Origin: Octopus vulgaris
Taxonomy: Eukaryota
NCBI GenBank assembly: GCA_951406725.2
Contig: OX597821.1
Location: forward strand, 91,264,001-91,328,000
Length of the DNA stretch: 64,000 nucleotides
Direction: 5' to 3'
Positions 38,913 through 51,826 of this stretch are shown piece after piece. The first letter of the stretch is position 1. Each line of letters starts with the position of its first letter. The notes below the pieces were generated by a model. The model saw only the letters and a list, made by a program, of their open reading frames with translations. It searched no databases and had not been told where the DNA came from. Position numbers and translations under genes: made by a program.

Positions 38913-39309
38913 TCTTTATATATAAAAGTGAAGTTGTGTGTCTGTCTCCTACGATTTAGATTCCTAACTACTCCCACATTTTGCGGTGCAGTTTAACCAA
39001 AAACCGGGTATCTTATAGTCGTGATTCATATCGAGCCATTCTGGGTATAGCGCGCGTCTACGATGAGTCTACGATTTAAAAAAAAAATTACCATCATTTT
39101 TTTCTATTTAAATGCATTTTTTCGCTATTATATAAGGGAAGTAACTCTCTAAAAATGTCTACGATGAGTCAACGATTTTTAAAAAAAATTCCATAATTTG
39201 TTTTCCACATTTAATGCATTTTTTTGCTATTTCTTGGCTATAACTCTCTAAAAATGCTTATATAGTTATTTCCCTTACAAACCCGAGCAACGCTGGGCGA
39301 TACTGCTAG
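38913..39309 (+). mobile_element. Non-autonomous Helitron nested in the Gypsy LTR (same family as 35359)
   Basis: A|TC 5' end, hairpin + CTAG|T 3' end, and an internal partial duplication of gtctacgatgagtc. Confidence 0.88.
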
Positions 39310-41312
39310 TCCAGTAATAAATATGTTATGACTTATTAGGAACGTCTCACAAGTTCTTATTTTTCCTGTCGTTTTACGTACAAGATGGTGAACCCTCGTT
39401 CTCGCATGCAATTGTAAAATTGTAGGTTCTCACATACTAACATCACTACAAAATGGTAACCCTGACGTTAGAATACGATAGCCGCTACAAAATAGTGAAC
39501 TCAAATTTTGAATACGCTAGCTACTACATAATGGTGAACTTGACGTTTGAATACGCAACACATGGTAAACCGACGCCGTGCTACACTCTTTAAGGTAATT
39601 TCTACAGTACTCTACCAGCACCTCTGATATTCTAGTTTTGAAATAATTTCGTGTCTTCCGCGTCAAAGAAGAAAGTCCACTTATCAGGCCTGTTCTTTGT
39701 CATAAAATAATGCGTCTCCATTCAACTGAACAAGCATACACGTGAACATCCTGTGCTCCGCTGGAAAAGCGTGTCATAATCATAAGTAACACTTCCGTAT
39801 CAGTTTATCATGGTAATGCTAAGCTACGGTTTGCACAGCTTGATTCATACTTCGCAGCACATGGTATACAAGCCGCTCAACAAAAGCTACACGTGCTTAT
39901 TAGTGGCATTCCCGCCATTTTAGCAGACACCGTTTAAGATATCATCACAGATCGTCCACAAGGCATGACCTATGATTCTTTGAAAACAGAAGTACTACGC
40001 AGAAATTCTAAATCATCAGAAAGCCGATTCCGTGCATTGTTACAGGATGAGAACCTGGGTGAGAGAACTCCTTTGGGATTTCTTAGACAGATGGGAGAAC
40101 TCAGTGACGATCCACCTAAAGGCAGCTTCTTCGTAAAAATATTTTTTCCCCCGCTTACTAACTAATGTACAGACGATATTGGCAACTATGGTTGACACCA
40201 GCTCTATAGACCAAATCACTTCATCTGCAGATAGGATAATGGAATTCTCTCACAGACCCACCGCGGCTGATTCGGTTATTGCTTCATCATCTTCTCAACA
40301 ACATCCTGATACTAAAAATGGAGACGCCATGTTGAAGGCTATCAATGGTTTAACGCGCCAAATAGCTCGATTCTGTCGTGTTAGACGGCGTTCGCGAAGC
40401 CAGTCTTTCTCTTCTCAACTACGCAACAGTTTTTCAACCAACAATTCTTCGGTATGTTCGTACCACGCACGTTTTCACGACAAGGCACGTCATTGTAAGA
40501 AACCTTGTGCTTTTAAAGTGTTGAAAAACTGAACCTAGAGAACCTGGGAACGTCAGATCTCTCTCACAACTTTTCAGCTAATCGTGCTTTTTTCATTAAG
40601 GACCTAGTCTCAAACAGGTTGTCCATGATCGATACAGGATCAAGTTGCAGTATTTTGCCATTACGGTTCAGCTCTAACAAGCCACAGTTATCCAGTATTT
40701 CCCTATACGAGGTGAACCAGTCTCCCATCAAAACCTACGGTCAGATATCTTTAACTCTAGACCTTGACTTGCGTCGAGATTTCAAATGTATTTTTGTCAT
40801 CGCCGACCTGCCTCATCCTATTCTCACCGCGGACTTCTTACACTATTATTCACTCCTGATAGATGTCAGGAAACAGAGACTTGTGGACACTACCACATCT
40901 TTATCTACGCCTGCTACGTGAATCTACCGCTGCTTTCCTCAGTCAATCACTTTTTGTACTTGCTGCCAGTAGCCAGTTCCAGATTTTTTTTTTGCCTCGT
41001 TTCCCGAGTTAACACATCTCTCATTTAAGCCTACCCAGACGGTTCACTCGAGTCAATATTTTATTACAACTAGTTCACTCGTTTTCTTTCGTCCACGTAG
41101 ATTAGCACCAGACAGGCTCAAGAAGGCCCGCGCTGAATTCGAGCACATGTTCCAGCTCAGTCTTATACGTCCTTCTACTAGCCCAGCATAATTAAGGAGT
41201 GAGTCCTTATCTTTTTACCGCTTCGTATACGATATCTCAACTATATCAGTATCATGTTGGTTCAGATTTTTAAATCTAGAGAAAGGTTATTTGTTTGAAA
41301 TATTCTATTCAT

Positions 41313-41720
41313 AGGCGCAGGAGTGGTTGTGTGGTAAGTAGCTTGCTAACCAACCACATGGTTCCGGGTTCAGTCCCACTGCGTGGCATCTTGGGCAAGT
41401 GTCTTCTGCTATAGCCCCGGGCCGACCAATGCCTTGTGAGTGGATTTGGTAGATGGAAACTGAAAGAAGCCTGTTGTATATATGTATATATATATGTGTG
41501 TGTATGTGTTTGTGTCTATGTGTTTGTCCCCCTAGCATTGCTTGACAACCGATGCTGGTGTGTTTACGTCCCCATCACTTAGCGGTTCGGCAAAAGACAC
41601 CGATAGAATAAGTACTAGGCTTACAAAGAATAAGTCCTGAGGTCGATTTGCGCGACTAAAGGCAGTGCTCCAGCATGGCCGCAGTCAAATGACTGAAACA
41701 AGTAAAAGAGTAAAAGAGAG
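41313..41720 (+). mobile_element. SINE family A, full length
   Basis: Closely matches 31076. Confidence 0.92.
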
Positions 41721-41938
41721 TATTTGCTTACTAAGTACTGTACTCAGGAAAGATTTTGTATCTTCTTTTCTTTTGACTTGTTTCGCCTCTTAGACTGCAG
41801 CCATACTGGGACACTGCCTTGAAGAATTATTAATCAAATGAATCGATCCCAGTACTTATTTTGCTAAAGCCTGGTACTTATTCTATCGGTCTCTTTTCAC
41901 AAAACACTTAGTTACGGGGTGCAATATTATACCAGAAC

Positions 41939-42410
41939 AAGGCAACGATCTGGCAGAAACATTGGTACGCCAATGTTACGGCGGCGAGCTGGCAGAAACG
42001 TTAGCACGCCGGACGAAATGCTTAGCGATATTTGGTCTGCCGCTACGCTCTGAGTTCAAATTCCGCCGAGGTCGACTTTGCCTTTCATCCTTTCGGGGTC
42101 AATTAAATAAGTACCAGTTCTGCGCTGGGGTCGATATAATCGATTTAATCCGTTTGTCTGTTCTTGTTTGTCCCCTCTGTGTGTAGACCCCTTGTGAGCA
42201 GTAAAGAAATAAGAAACATTGGTACGCCGGGGAAAATACTTAGCGTCACTTCGTCCGTTTCTACGTTCTGAGTTGAAATTCCGCCGAGGTCGACGTTGCT
42301 TTTTATCCTTTCGAAGTTGATAAAATAAATACCTGTGGAGTACTGTAGTCAATGTAACCAGTAATTTTATCCTTCCCAGACGTTGCTGGTCTTGTGCCAA
42401 AATTTGATAA
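41939..42410 (+). mobile_element. Young SINE C (41980-42211) inserted in an older SINE C
   Basis: 17-bp duplication agaaacattggtacgcc at 41955-41971 and 42212-42228. Confidence 0.88.
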
Positions 42411-43083
42411 CTACGACGAAGATGATGAGGTAACAAACAAAATCTTGGAACATTTTCTGCACAAAATTTTTACCCGTTGCAAAACCCAAATGTCAGAAAA
42501 ATTCACGTTATAATATGAGAACATCGTTTGTATTCTGTTTGTTTTGGAAAACAGTAGGAGAATTACCACCGTTAGCAGAAACTTGTGTTGCCTGATGGTC
42601 AATTGGTATATAAACCAGACTACATAGGATTCGCCGTGGACTAATCCTTATTTTTACGAAACAAATCAAACAGAAAATCAAGACTATTTCTTTGACAAAA
42701 TAAGTCATTGAAAATTACAATTGAAATGATGCCAATATAATTCTTGAATTGTTCTAGAATTATTTGCTCCAACGCACATAAATTTTTCTTATGATCTTAG
42801 TCTAAACGTTCAAACTTGTCTATTTTGGAACAAACTCCGATGTTTAATCTTCAGTCACAAAATTTACTTTTTCCAGGAAATCTTCTAAGTCCAATTTGTT
42901 TACTGATTTTGTTGCGCACACGTTGATCTATAATGTATATGGCTTTCGAGTCGTGTTAGAATCGTCATCAGCAACTGATATTTAAAGATCTACCAGTCAG
43001 TAATTACAATACTGGTGTGTGAAAAGTGTTTCGTTTCATTTTTATAATATCAATACCATATATGTTTTTGTATCTAACAACCT

Positions 43084-43115
<32 letters not shown>

Positions 43116-43551
43116 GCACAGAAATATTTGTGATTTTTTTTTTATCTAACACTCTACATTATGAAAGTTGTAATCAATTTGTTTGGACAATATCCGTGAG
43201 CGTGGGCAGAAAATGAAGATAGAGCTGTTCGTACGATTTTGCACTTACTGTACTATAGAATTGTTTACAGTTGTCGTAACACAGTGTTGGCCATCAAATC
43301 GATAGACATATGGCAATGAAACGAAACACTGTTGACACAAATAATTTAATGTTCCATCTCGCAACCAAAAACAAAAGCGTTAAATATGAAAATAGATCTG
43401 TCTAGTTTACCTCAACCTCTAATATTAGCGGGTTTATAAGCTATGTGCTTGTGGACAGTTAAGGGTAGTACACAGATGCAGAGGTCGACTCCCACAAGAA
43501 TTGAAACGTTTTTCGAGCTACTCTTTCCTTTCTGTCCATGCGGATCTTATG

Positions 43552-43927
43552 TGGAAGCACTCCGTCGGTTACGACGATGAGGGTTCCGGTTGATCCGAAT
43601 CAACTGTACAGCCTGCTCGTGAAATTAACGTGAGCACTCCACAGACACGTGCACCCTTAACGTAGTTCTCTGGGATATTCAGCGTGACGCAGAGAGTGAC
43701 AAGGCCGGCCCCTTGAAATACAGGTACAACAGAAACAGAAAGTAAGAGTGAGAGAAAGTTGTGGCGAAAGAGTACAACAGGGATCACCACCATCCCCTGC
43801 CGGAGCATCGTGGAGCTTGTTGGTGTTTTCGCTCAATAAACACTCAGAACGCCCGGTCTGGGAATCGAAACCGCGATCCTATGACCGCGAGTCCGCTGCC
43901 CTAACCACTGGGCCATTGCGCCTCCAC
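43552..43927 (-). mobile_element. SINE family B
   Basis: Reverse complement of the 27403-type element. Confidence 0.92.
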
Positions 43928-44505
43928 ATGGATATTATACAAGCGAACTGTTTACAATCGTTGTCGTAAAATATCGTGTTGGATAAAAGAAAGTGTAGAT
44001 ATGTTCTATTTGTACATTATTGCAATGAAACGAAACGTTTGTAACACGTCGATAATTTTTATATATGAACAAAACATTAACTTTAATATATATACAAACA
44101 TAAATTATTTTACATCAAGTTTACTTTTAACTTTAAATAAACTGTAAAAATATCAATAAATAAAATTTCCTTGCGTGGTTAAGCCGTTTGTTAGGAGATA
44201 TTTTGTAGCTACATTGAAGAAGTTTAGCGACTAAAAAGAAGCTTCTACAGAGTCGAGTTGGTTCTGAAACAAAGTTCTTGTTCAGCAAGATTAAGTCGCT
44301 ACATTGAGTGGGTTTTCAGTTCAGTAATGGCATAGATTCTTTTCTTACATCTGATTTATTGAATGGGTTATTTAAAGTAGATTTTATGAAATCACATTGA
44401 AATAAAAAATATCATGGTTAAATATCCCGTTTTGTAGGATAGGGTTCCGAGTCAAACACCTAAAAAACAGATACAGGAAACAAAAGATCAAAGGGAAATG
44501 CGAAC

Positions 44506-44583
44506 TGTATCTTTCTGTCGGAGAGCGTAGGCTCGAAACGTAAAAGACTTGTTCTATTCCTGAGCGCTATACTAATACAATTG
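44506..44583 (+). repeat. Exact 78-bp copy of the hammerhead-motif segment at 45363-45440
   Basis: Identical, including the private CTGTCGGA core variant. Confidence 0.9.
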
Positions 44584-45309
44584 ACATGCGTGTAGATTAA
44601 ACAACAGAAAAATTTTGAAATTAAGCTAGGTGTTCGTATTAAAATAAAAGCTTCAAAACACCATAACGATAGCGGCGGCTGCTGACCATTTTTTTCCCCA
44701 TCAATAGGAGGTATTTTTTAAAACAGTTTTCACAGCTCTTCTCCTGCATTTGAGATTTTTTTTAAATATTGTAAGCATATATAAATATACGTGTTTGGTC
44801 GTGCATTTGTGAGTGCTTGTGCGTGCGTGTGTATGTATATAGATAGATAACTACACACACAGGCATGCATATATATATGTATCCCCTCTTTCTCTCTGTT
44901 TCGCTGCTCACACATGACCATCGTTTATCTTTCTTTTCCTACACGTACATTCAAAAGAACAGACATGTTATTTTCTTTCTCTTCTATCTTCACTCTTTTC
45001 CTCTCGTTCTGGTCTAACGACCTTCCATGTTTGTTTTCGTTCGGTTTCCTTGTATGTCTTCACTGTCATGTTTTTGTTATACCTATATACTCAACAATGC
45101 AGCAGTTACTCTATGAAGGAGTCCCTAATTTGCATACCGAAAGTGATTAACACTATAAATACCAGCAGCCTATCAACGGGGGTCTTAGGAAAGGGAAAGA
45201 ACAGAAAAAAGAGAACCGAGCTGTGGAAAACATAAGCAAAAAAATTCCAAAGCTTTCTATAAATTCGCAAAGGAAACAGTCACAATACAATATGAAATAG
45301 GACGCCATG

Positions 45310-45495
45310 ATAGATCGTTAGCTCCTACACGCATTTTTTTTTCTCTCCTTGTTTTTTTTTTGTGTATCTTTCTGTCGGAGAGCGTAGGCTCGAAACGTAA
45401 AAGACTTGTTCTATTCCTGAGCGCTATACTAATACAATTGTTTGTTTGTACTCCACCTGCCTTCATCTTTTGTTTATTTTCGTAAACTTTCCCCT
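45310..45495 (+). mobile_element. Hammerhead-motif repeat copy
   Basis: agatcgttagc..tcttt-CTGTCGGA-GAGC(gtag)GCTC-GAAA-cg-TA-aaaga..cgtaaactttccc. Confidence 0.72.
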
Positions 45496-45896
45496 TACAT
45501 GTACACATACATGCATGCATACATACATACATACATACATACATACATACATACATACATACATACATACATACATACATACATACATACATGCAGATAC
45601 TTACATGCAGATACTTACATATGTATGTGTATTTCAGTCTTTTGAACTCATACCAAGTATCATAATATATTTCCAATATGCTTGCATCTTAGGAATATAC
45701 GTCTCACAAATTGAGTCTATGTTGTGCTCAGAGTAACAAACTTTGTCTACCTGAAATCTATATAGCAGAATTTAAACACACAAAAATATTTACACATAAC
45801 ACACTACATAGATAAATACGTTGAAAATATCTATATTTCAATTTGTGTGTTTGTGCGTGCGTGCGTGTGTGTGTGTGTGTATAAGTAAGTTTATAT

Positions 45897-46313
45897 ACTC
45901 TTTTACTCTTTTACTTGTTTCAGTCATTTGACTGCGGCCATGCTGGAGCACCGCCTTTAATCGAGCAAATCGACCCCGGGACTTATTCTTTTTTTTTTTG
46001 TAAGCCCAGTACTTATTCTATCGGTCTCTTTTGCCGAACCGCTAGGTAACGGAGACATAGACACACCAGCATCGGTTGTCAAGCAATGCTAGGGGGACAA
46101 ACACAGACACACAAACAAACACACATACATATATAAATATACATATATACGACAGGCTTCTTTCAGTTTCCGTCTACCAAATCCAGTCACAAGGCATTGG
46201 TCGGCCCGGGGCTATAGCAGAAGACACTTGCCCAAGATGCCACGTAGTGGGACTGAACCCGGAACCATGTGGTTGGTTAGCAAGCTACTTACCACACAGC
46301 CACTCCTGCGCCT
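45897..46313 (-). mobile_element. SINE family A, full length
   Basis: Reverse complement of family A. Confidence 0.92.
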
Positions 46314-46627
46314 GTGTGTTTGTGTATGTATCTAGAAATTCTCTATAAGTCTTTCGAGGTCTTGTGACTAATGAAAAACTGCTATTATTTAAGGCTTCGC
46401 ACAGTATCCAAAACCGTGAAGTTGTTGAGTGAAGATATTGTGTCTACCTGGGCTTTGTACTGTTTGTCAAGTCACAACAAGGACCTCAGACAGACAGTAC
46501 TTAACGCAATATGCATGCAATTTCAACCAAGTAAAGCCGATTTTTTGCAATACACCTAGATTGTAGGGTATTTCTAAAGTTTCCAGATGTTTCTTCAGGG
46601 TGGGTGGTATTGAATCCAATGCTCACT

Positions 46628-46834
46628 GTGAGCTGGCAGAATCGTTAGGACTCTGGATGAAACGCTTAGCAGCATTTCGTCCGTTGCTACGTTCTGAGTT
46701 CAAATTACGCTGAGGTCGACTTTGCCTTCCATTCTCTTGGGGTCGATAAAATAAGTACCAGTTGAGTAATGGAATCGATGTAATCGATTATCCCCTCTCC
46801 CAAATTTCAGGCCTGGTGCCTATAGTAGAAAGGA

Positions 46835-46907
<73 letters not shown>

Positions 46908-47135
46908 GGTGACAGGCTGGCAAAATCGTTAGGACGGTGGACGAAATGCTTAGCGGTATTTCGCCAGTCGCTACTCTCCGACTTTAAATTCGGCCGAGGT
47001 CGATTTTGCCTTTCATTCTTCCGGGGTCGATAAAATAAGTACCAATTGAGTACTGGGGTCGATGCAATCGATTAGTCTATACCGCGCGCAAATTTCAGGC
47101 CTTGTGCCCTATAGTAGAAAGAATTATTATTATTA

Positions 47136-47202
<67 letters not shown>

Positions 47203-49188
47203 TATTATTATTATTATCATCATTATTATTATTACATTCCAGATTTTTACGTCCTGTGTTGAAATCTCGCCGAGGTTAACTTTCATCCTTATCATGGTAG
47301 TGTCGTTAAAAATAAAGACATCAGTGAAATACTGGGATCAGTTTAATCTACTAGCTCATTCTCCACACAAGATTTTCTTGTTCCTTATGCCTATGTAAGA
47401 AACCTATTTATTTAGTGCTGCTTTTAAAAGACATCTTGCTAAACCTTTACATGTTTTTTTTTCTTCTTTCTATTGACTATGCGGCCTGAACAGCAGCTGG
47501 CTGACAGCAGAATAAAGAAGGATTGGTAGAATAAAGATATTGCAAGGAGCGGAGCAGAGCAGTATAAGAAATGTGTATGATATAAAGGTTAGTGAGATGG
47601 GAGGATAAACACCGGTTTGAAAATTGGCCAATCTATCAAGATAATAGTGCAGTTTTGGAACGATGCAAAAGAAAGAGTTCACTTATAACAGTTTCAAAGT
47701 CATCATCAATCACACGAGCTTGTGGTGGCAGTAGTTACGGTAGTTGTGGTGGCTGTGGTGGTCGTAGTGGTTGCGGGGTAGGTATCAGTGTTGGTAGTGA
47801 TGGTGGTGGTGGTTGTGGTTGTGGTGGTGGAGGTGGTGGTGGTGACAGTAGTGTAGCAGGTAGTAGTGATGGTAGTCATGTTGTGGTGGTAATAAAGGCA
47901 GCAAGCTTGCAGAATCGTTAGTACGCCAGGCAAAATGCTTAGCGACATTTCGTCCGTCTTTACGTTCGGGGTTCAAATGCCACGGAGCTCGACTTTGCCT
48001 TTCATCCTTTCGGGGTCGATAAAATAAGTACCAATTGAGTACTGGGGTAGATTTAATCAACTAGCCCCGCTCCTTGATTATTAGGAGTAATGGGAAGGCA
48101 GCGAACTGGCAGAATTGTTAGTATGCCGGACAAAATGCTCAGCGAGCGACATTTCGTCCGTCTTCACATTCTAAGTTCAAATTCCGTCGAGTTCGACTTT
48201 GCTTTTCATCCTTTCAGAGTCGATAACATAAGTACCAGTGGAGCGCTGATAGCGATGTAAACGATTCTGGTGGTGATGGTCGTGGTCGTCGTCGTGGTAA
48301 TGGAATTAATGACTGTAATGGTGTTTTAGTGGCAATATTAGAGTTAGTATATTAGAGTAGGCAGCGAGCTGGCAGAAACGTTAGCACGCCGGGCGAAATG
48401 CGTAGCCGTATTTCGTCTGCCGTTACGTTCTGAGTTCAAACTCCGCCGAGGTCGACTTTGCCTTTCATCCTTTCGGAGTCGAATAAATAAGTACCAGTTA
48501 CGCACTGGGGTCGATATAATCAACTTAATCCGTTTGTCTGTCCTTGTCCTCTCTGTGTTTAGACCCTTGTGGGTAGTAAAGAAATAAATATTAGAGTCAG
48601 TAGTGGTAGCGGTGGTAGTAGAGGTTGTAGTGAAAATAGAGGTGCTTGTAGTGGTCGGAATGATTATGACAGATACTCTCGTTGGTAATAAGTATGGAAG
48701 TAAAAACAGCAGAGATGCTGATGGGGCATTAGTAGTGATACAATCAATACTGTTAAGGCGGCGAGCTGGCAGAAACGTTAGCATGCCGGGCGAAATGCGT
48801 AGCCGTATTTCGTCTGTCGTTAGGTTCTGAGTTCAAATTCCGCCGAGGTCGACTTTGCCTTTCATCCTTTCGAGGTCGATAAATTAAGTACCAGTTACGC
48901 ACTGGGGTCGATATAATCGACTTAATCCGTTTGTCTGTCCTTGTTTGTCTCCTCTGTGTGTAGACCCTTGTGGGCAGTAAAGAAATAAGAAACATTAGCA
49001 CACCAGACGAAATGCTAATCGGTATTTCGTTTGCGCTACGTTCTGAGTTCAAATTCCACCAGGGGTCGACTTTGCCTTTCGTCCTTTCGGGGTCAATTAA
49101 ATAAGTACCAGCTACACACTGGGATCAATGTAATCAACTTAACCCCTACCCCCAAATTTGAAGCCTTGAGCTTCCAGTAGAAAGGATT
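46628..49188 (+). mobile_element. Co-oriented cluster of at least 7 SINE C copies separated by (ATT)n and (TGG/TAG)n tracts
   Basis: Copies at about 46628, 46906, 47896, 48096, 48359, 48756 and 48991, plus a fragment near 47255. Confidence 0.88.
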
Positions 49189-49674
49189 CTAGCAATACTG
49201 ATGACAGTTGGTGACTTTAGTTGTATTAGTAGTGTCAATGATAGTAGTAGTAGTAGGAGAAGGAGGAGTAGTGGTGGTGGTGGTGGTGGTGGTGTTGGTG
49301 GTGGTGGTGGTGGTGGTGGTGGTAGTGGTAGTAGTAGTTGTAGTAGTAGTATATGCGATTGTGTTACTGTGAACCAGTGGCATGACTAGACTGTCAGCCG
49401 TCGCTTCTAGCAAGAAATGGAAGGAATAAAAATATGCACAACAACAGCAAGCTATGATCTCCTATAATCATTAGTATTCGATGTATAATCCAACCGTTTG
49501 GATTCGTCATACTTTATCAAATGACCGGAAAAAAAATGTTGTCCATGTGAGTATGCGAAGGTGACGGAGTTAAATCATGGGATAAGTCATAAATGGTATC
49601 TGTATTTTAGATACAAGAACACTCCCTCTCCCTCTCTCCCATCTCCCCTTTCTCTCCCCTCCTCCCTCTCTCTC

Positions 49675-49716
<42 letters not shown>

Positions 49717-50401
49717 TGCATTTAAAACTGTGTCATTAAAATAACTGTTTTGCTACGCAAAGAGATTCCAAGTATGTTAACATTGCCACCAAAAGTATTA
49801 AATTTTACATATGACTTCTGGCATCGACTAAACTGGATTTTGTATTTTCCACCTGCTACGTGGCGTCAACGGTGTTGGTTGCGGTGGTGACGACAGCGGC
49901 GTCGGTGGTGATGTCTATGGTGCTGCTGGCCATGATGGTTGCAGCCGTGGTGGTAGTGGAACCATTTGTGGTCGTCGTTGTCATCGTGGTAGCTATCAAT
50001 CTTCTGGGCGAATCAAAATATGTTTCCAATAATTTTTTTCTCAAAATGGCAGATACTGTTCGTTAGTTGCAGCTCCTGACACCTGTGTCACTGTTTTCTT
50101 TTATGAAGTGCTGGGATTTGAACTCAGAGTGCACAGAGCCAGTGTAACAGATACACAAAGGCACCCCCATTCAAATTTCTAATAATTTCACCAATCCATC
50201 ATCCTGGATTGATATTTCTTTGCTGTTTATTTTTTCCTTTTTCTTTTCTTTTATATTAACCCCCGAAAGAACCACTGGCAGGATTTGAACTCAATGTGCA
50301 GAGAATTCAGAACAAATACCATGAAACTTCTATCCAACACTTTAACAATTCTGCCAACTCACTTCCAAAACCACTGCTATATGAATGCTTATTTAACTAC
50401 A

Positions 50402-50691
50402 GTGGAGGCGCAATGGCCCAGTGGTTAGGGCAGCGGACTCGCGGTCGTAGGATCGCGGATTCCCAGACCGGCGGGGTTTATTGAGATTCCCAGACCGGGC
50501 GTTGTGAGTGTTGTACTCTTTGGGCCGGCCTTGTCACTCTCTGTGTCACGCTGAATATCCTCGAGAACTACGTTAAGGGTGCACGTGTCTGTGGAGTGCT
50601 CAGCCACTTACACGTTAATTTCACGAGCAGGCTGTTCCGTTGATCGGATCAACCGGAACCCTCGTTGTCGTAACCGACGGAGTGCTTCCAC
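50402..50691 (+). mobile_element. SINE family B, internally rearranged
   Basis: 12-bp TSD tatttaactaca (50390-50401 / 50692-50703). gattcccagaccgg is duplicated and the body is deleted. Confidence 0.9.
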
Positions 50692-50922
50692 TATTTAACT
50701 ACATTGTAACACAATATTTCTTCTTACATATCACAATTAAAGAATGATAACGTCAGTAGATATAAGTTCCTATAAGCTAATCATTGGTTCACTGTATTTC
50801 TATGGTGATTTAGAAGTGTTTGTACTTCAATGTGGAACAAATATCGCAAGGGATTCATTTATAAAGCACTGTTCTTTTTGCTTTTATTTCTCTTGACAGT
50901 GTTTATATACTTCTATTAATAT

Positions 50923-51239
50923 CACCATCACCGATTCACCGTGACCGACCAGGCTATCAGATGTTGCTACACATCGCTGGTCACAATGCGCTTCGCATTG
51001 TTTTTAGCCTTCAGATGACGTCACCCCGCTGGCTAAGCGAGCGGGCCAACAGAAGAAAGAGTGAGAGAAAGTTGTGGCAAAAGAGTACAGCAGGGACTGT
51101 CACCAACCCCTGCCGGAGCCTCGTGGAGATTTAGGTGTTTTCGCTCAATAAACACTCACAGCGCCCGGTCTGAGAATCGAAACCGCGATCCTACGACCGC
51201 GAGTCCGCTGCCCTAACCACTGGGCCATTGCGCCTCCGC
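50923..51239 (-). mobile_element. SINE with B head and a third type of 3' tail
   Basis: 14-bp TSD acttctattaatat (50909-50922 / 51240-51253). Confidence 0.9.
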
Positions 51240-51457
51240 ACTTCTATTAATATATTATGCATTATCTATGTGTATAACTCTTGCTGATATATGCAAAAGA
51301 TGCACTCTTACAAACATATAGTAGGAACAAAGCCAAACAGCGATGGAATTAAACATGCAGCAAGTGTTTTCGAAGTGAATCTGTTAACCACACAGGCATG
51401 TCTCTGACCATATAATGTCCACCGACAATACTATCATATACTTCCTTATTCACAAGT

Positions 51458-51826
51458 GTGGAGGCGCAATGGCCCAGTGGTTAGGGCAGCGGACTCGCGG
51501 TCATAGGATCGCGGTTTCGATTCCCAGACCGGGCGTTGTGGGTGTTTATTGAGCGAAAACACCTAAAAAAGCTCCACGAGGTTTCGGCAGGGATGCTGCT
51601 GTACTCTTTCTCTCACTCTTACTTCCTGTTTCTGTTGTACCTGTATTTCAAAGGGCCGGCCTTGTCACTCTCTGTGTCACGTTGAATATCCCCGAGAACT
51701 ACGTTAAGGGTACACGTATCTGTGGAGTGCTCAGCCACTTACACGTTAATTTCACGAGCAGGCTGTTCCGTTGGTTCGGATCAACCGGAACCCTCATCGT
51801 CGTAACCGACGGAGTGCTTCCATCCC
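51458..51826 (+). mobile_element. SINE family B
   Basis: B head and tail; imperfect TSD tattcaca(a/t)gtg. Confidence 0.9.

Larger units (their letters stand above)
38163..41187 (+). mobile_element. 3'-truncated, decayed Gypsy LTR retrotransposon (5' LTR about 38163-39450, PBS, gag, protease, start of RT)
   Basis: LTR termini cgtagtgat / atcactaca. PBS-like tggtaaccctgacgt at 39454. gag-like FAQLDSYF, YDSLKTEVLRR and CSYHARFHDKARHCKKPC. Protease IDTGSSCSILP. RPRRLAPDRLKKARAEFEHM..IRPSTSP. Confidence 0.88.
41190..44330 (-). pseudogene. Decayed Argonaute-family pseudogene (N and L1 domains, possibly start of PAZ), interrupted by SINEs
   Basis: Minus-strand segments in the expected order: ELCFRTN..LLQCSYKISP (about 44190-44280); RVARKTFQFLW..HIAY (about 43430-43525); RKPYTL*INVCATKSVNKLDLEDFLEK..SLNV*TK (about 42795-42950); GLVHGE-M*SGLYTN*PSG-KFLL-NGGNSPTVFQNKQNTNDVL (about 42518-42647), resembling Ago L1 LGGGREVWFGFHQSVRPS..MLNIDVSATAF. 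Confidence 0.55.

Noticed and set aside
46371-47700. Short non-repetitive ORFs at 46371 and 47592 as exons
   Set aside because: No recognisable motif or convincing splice signals.
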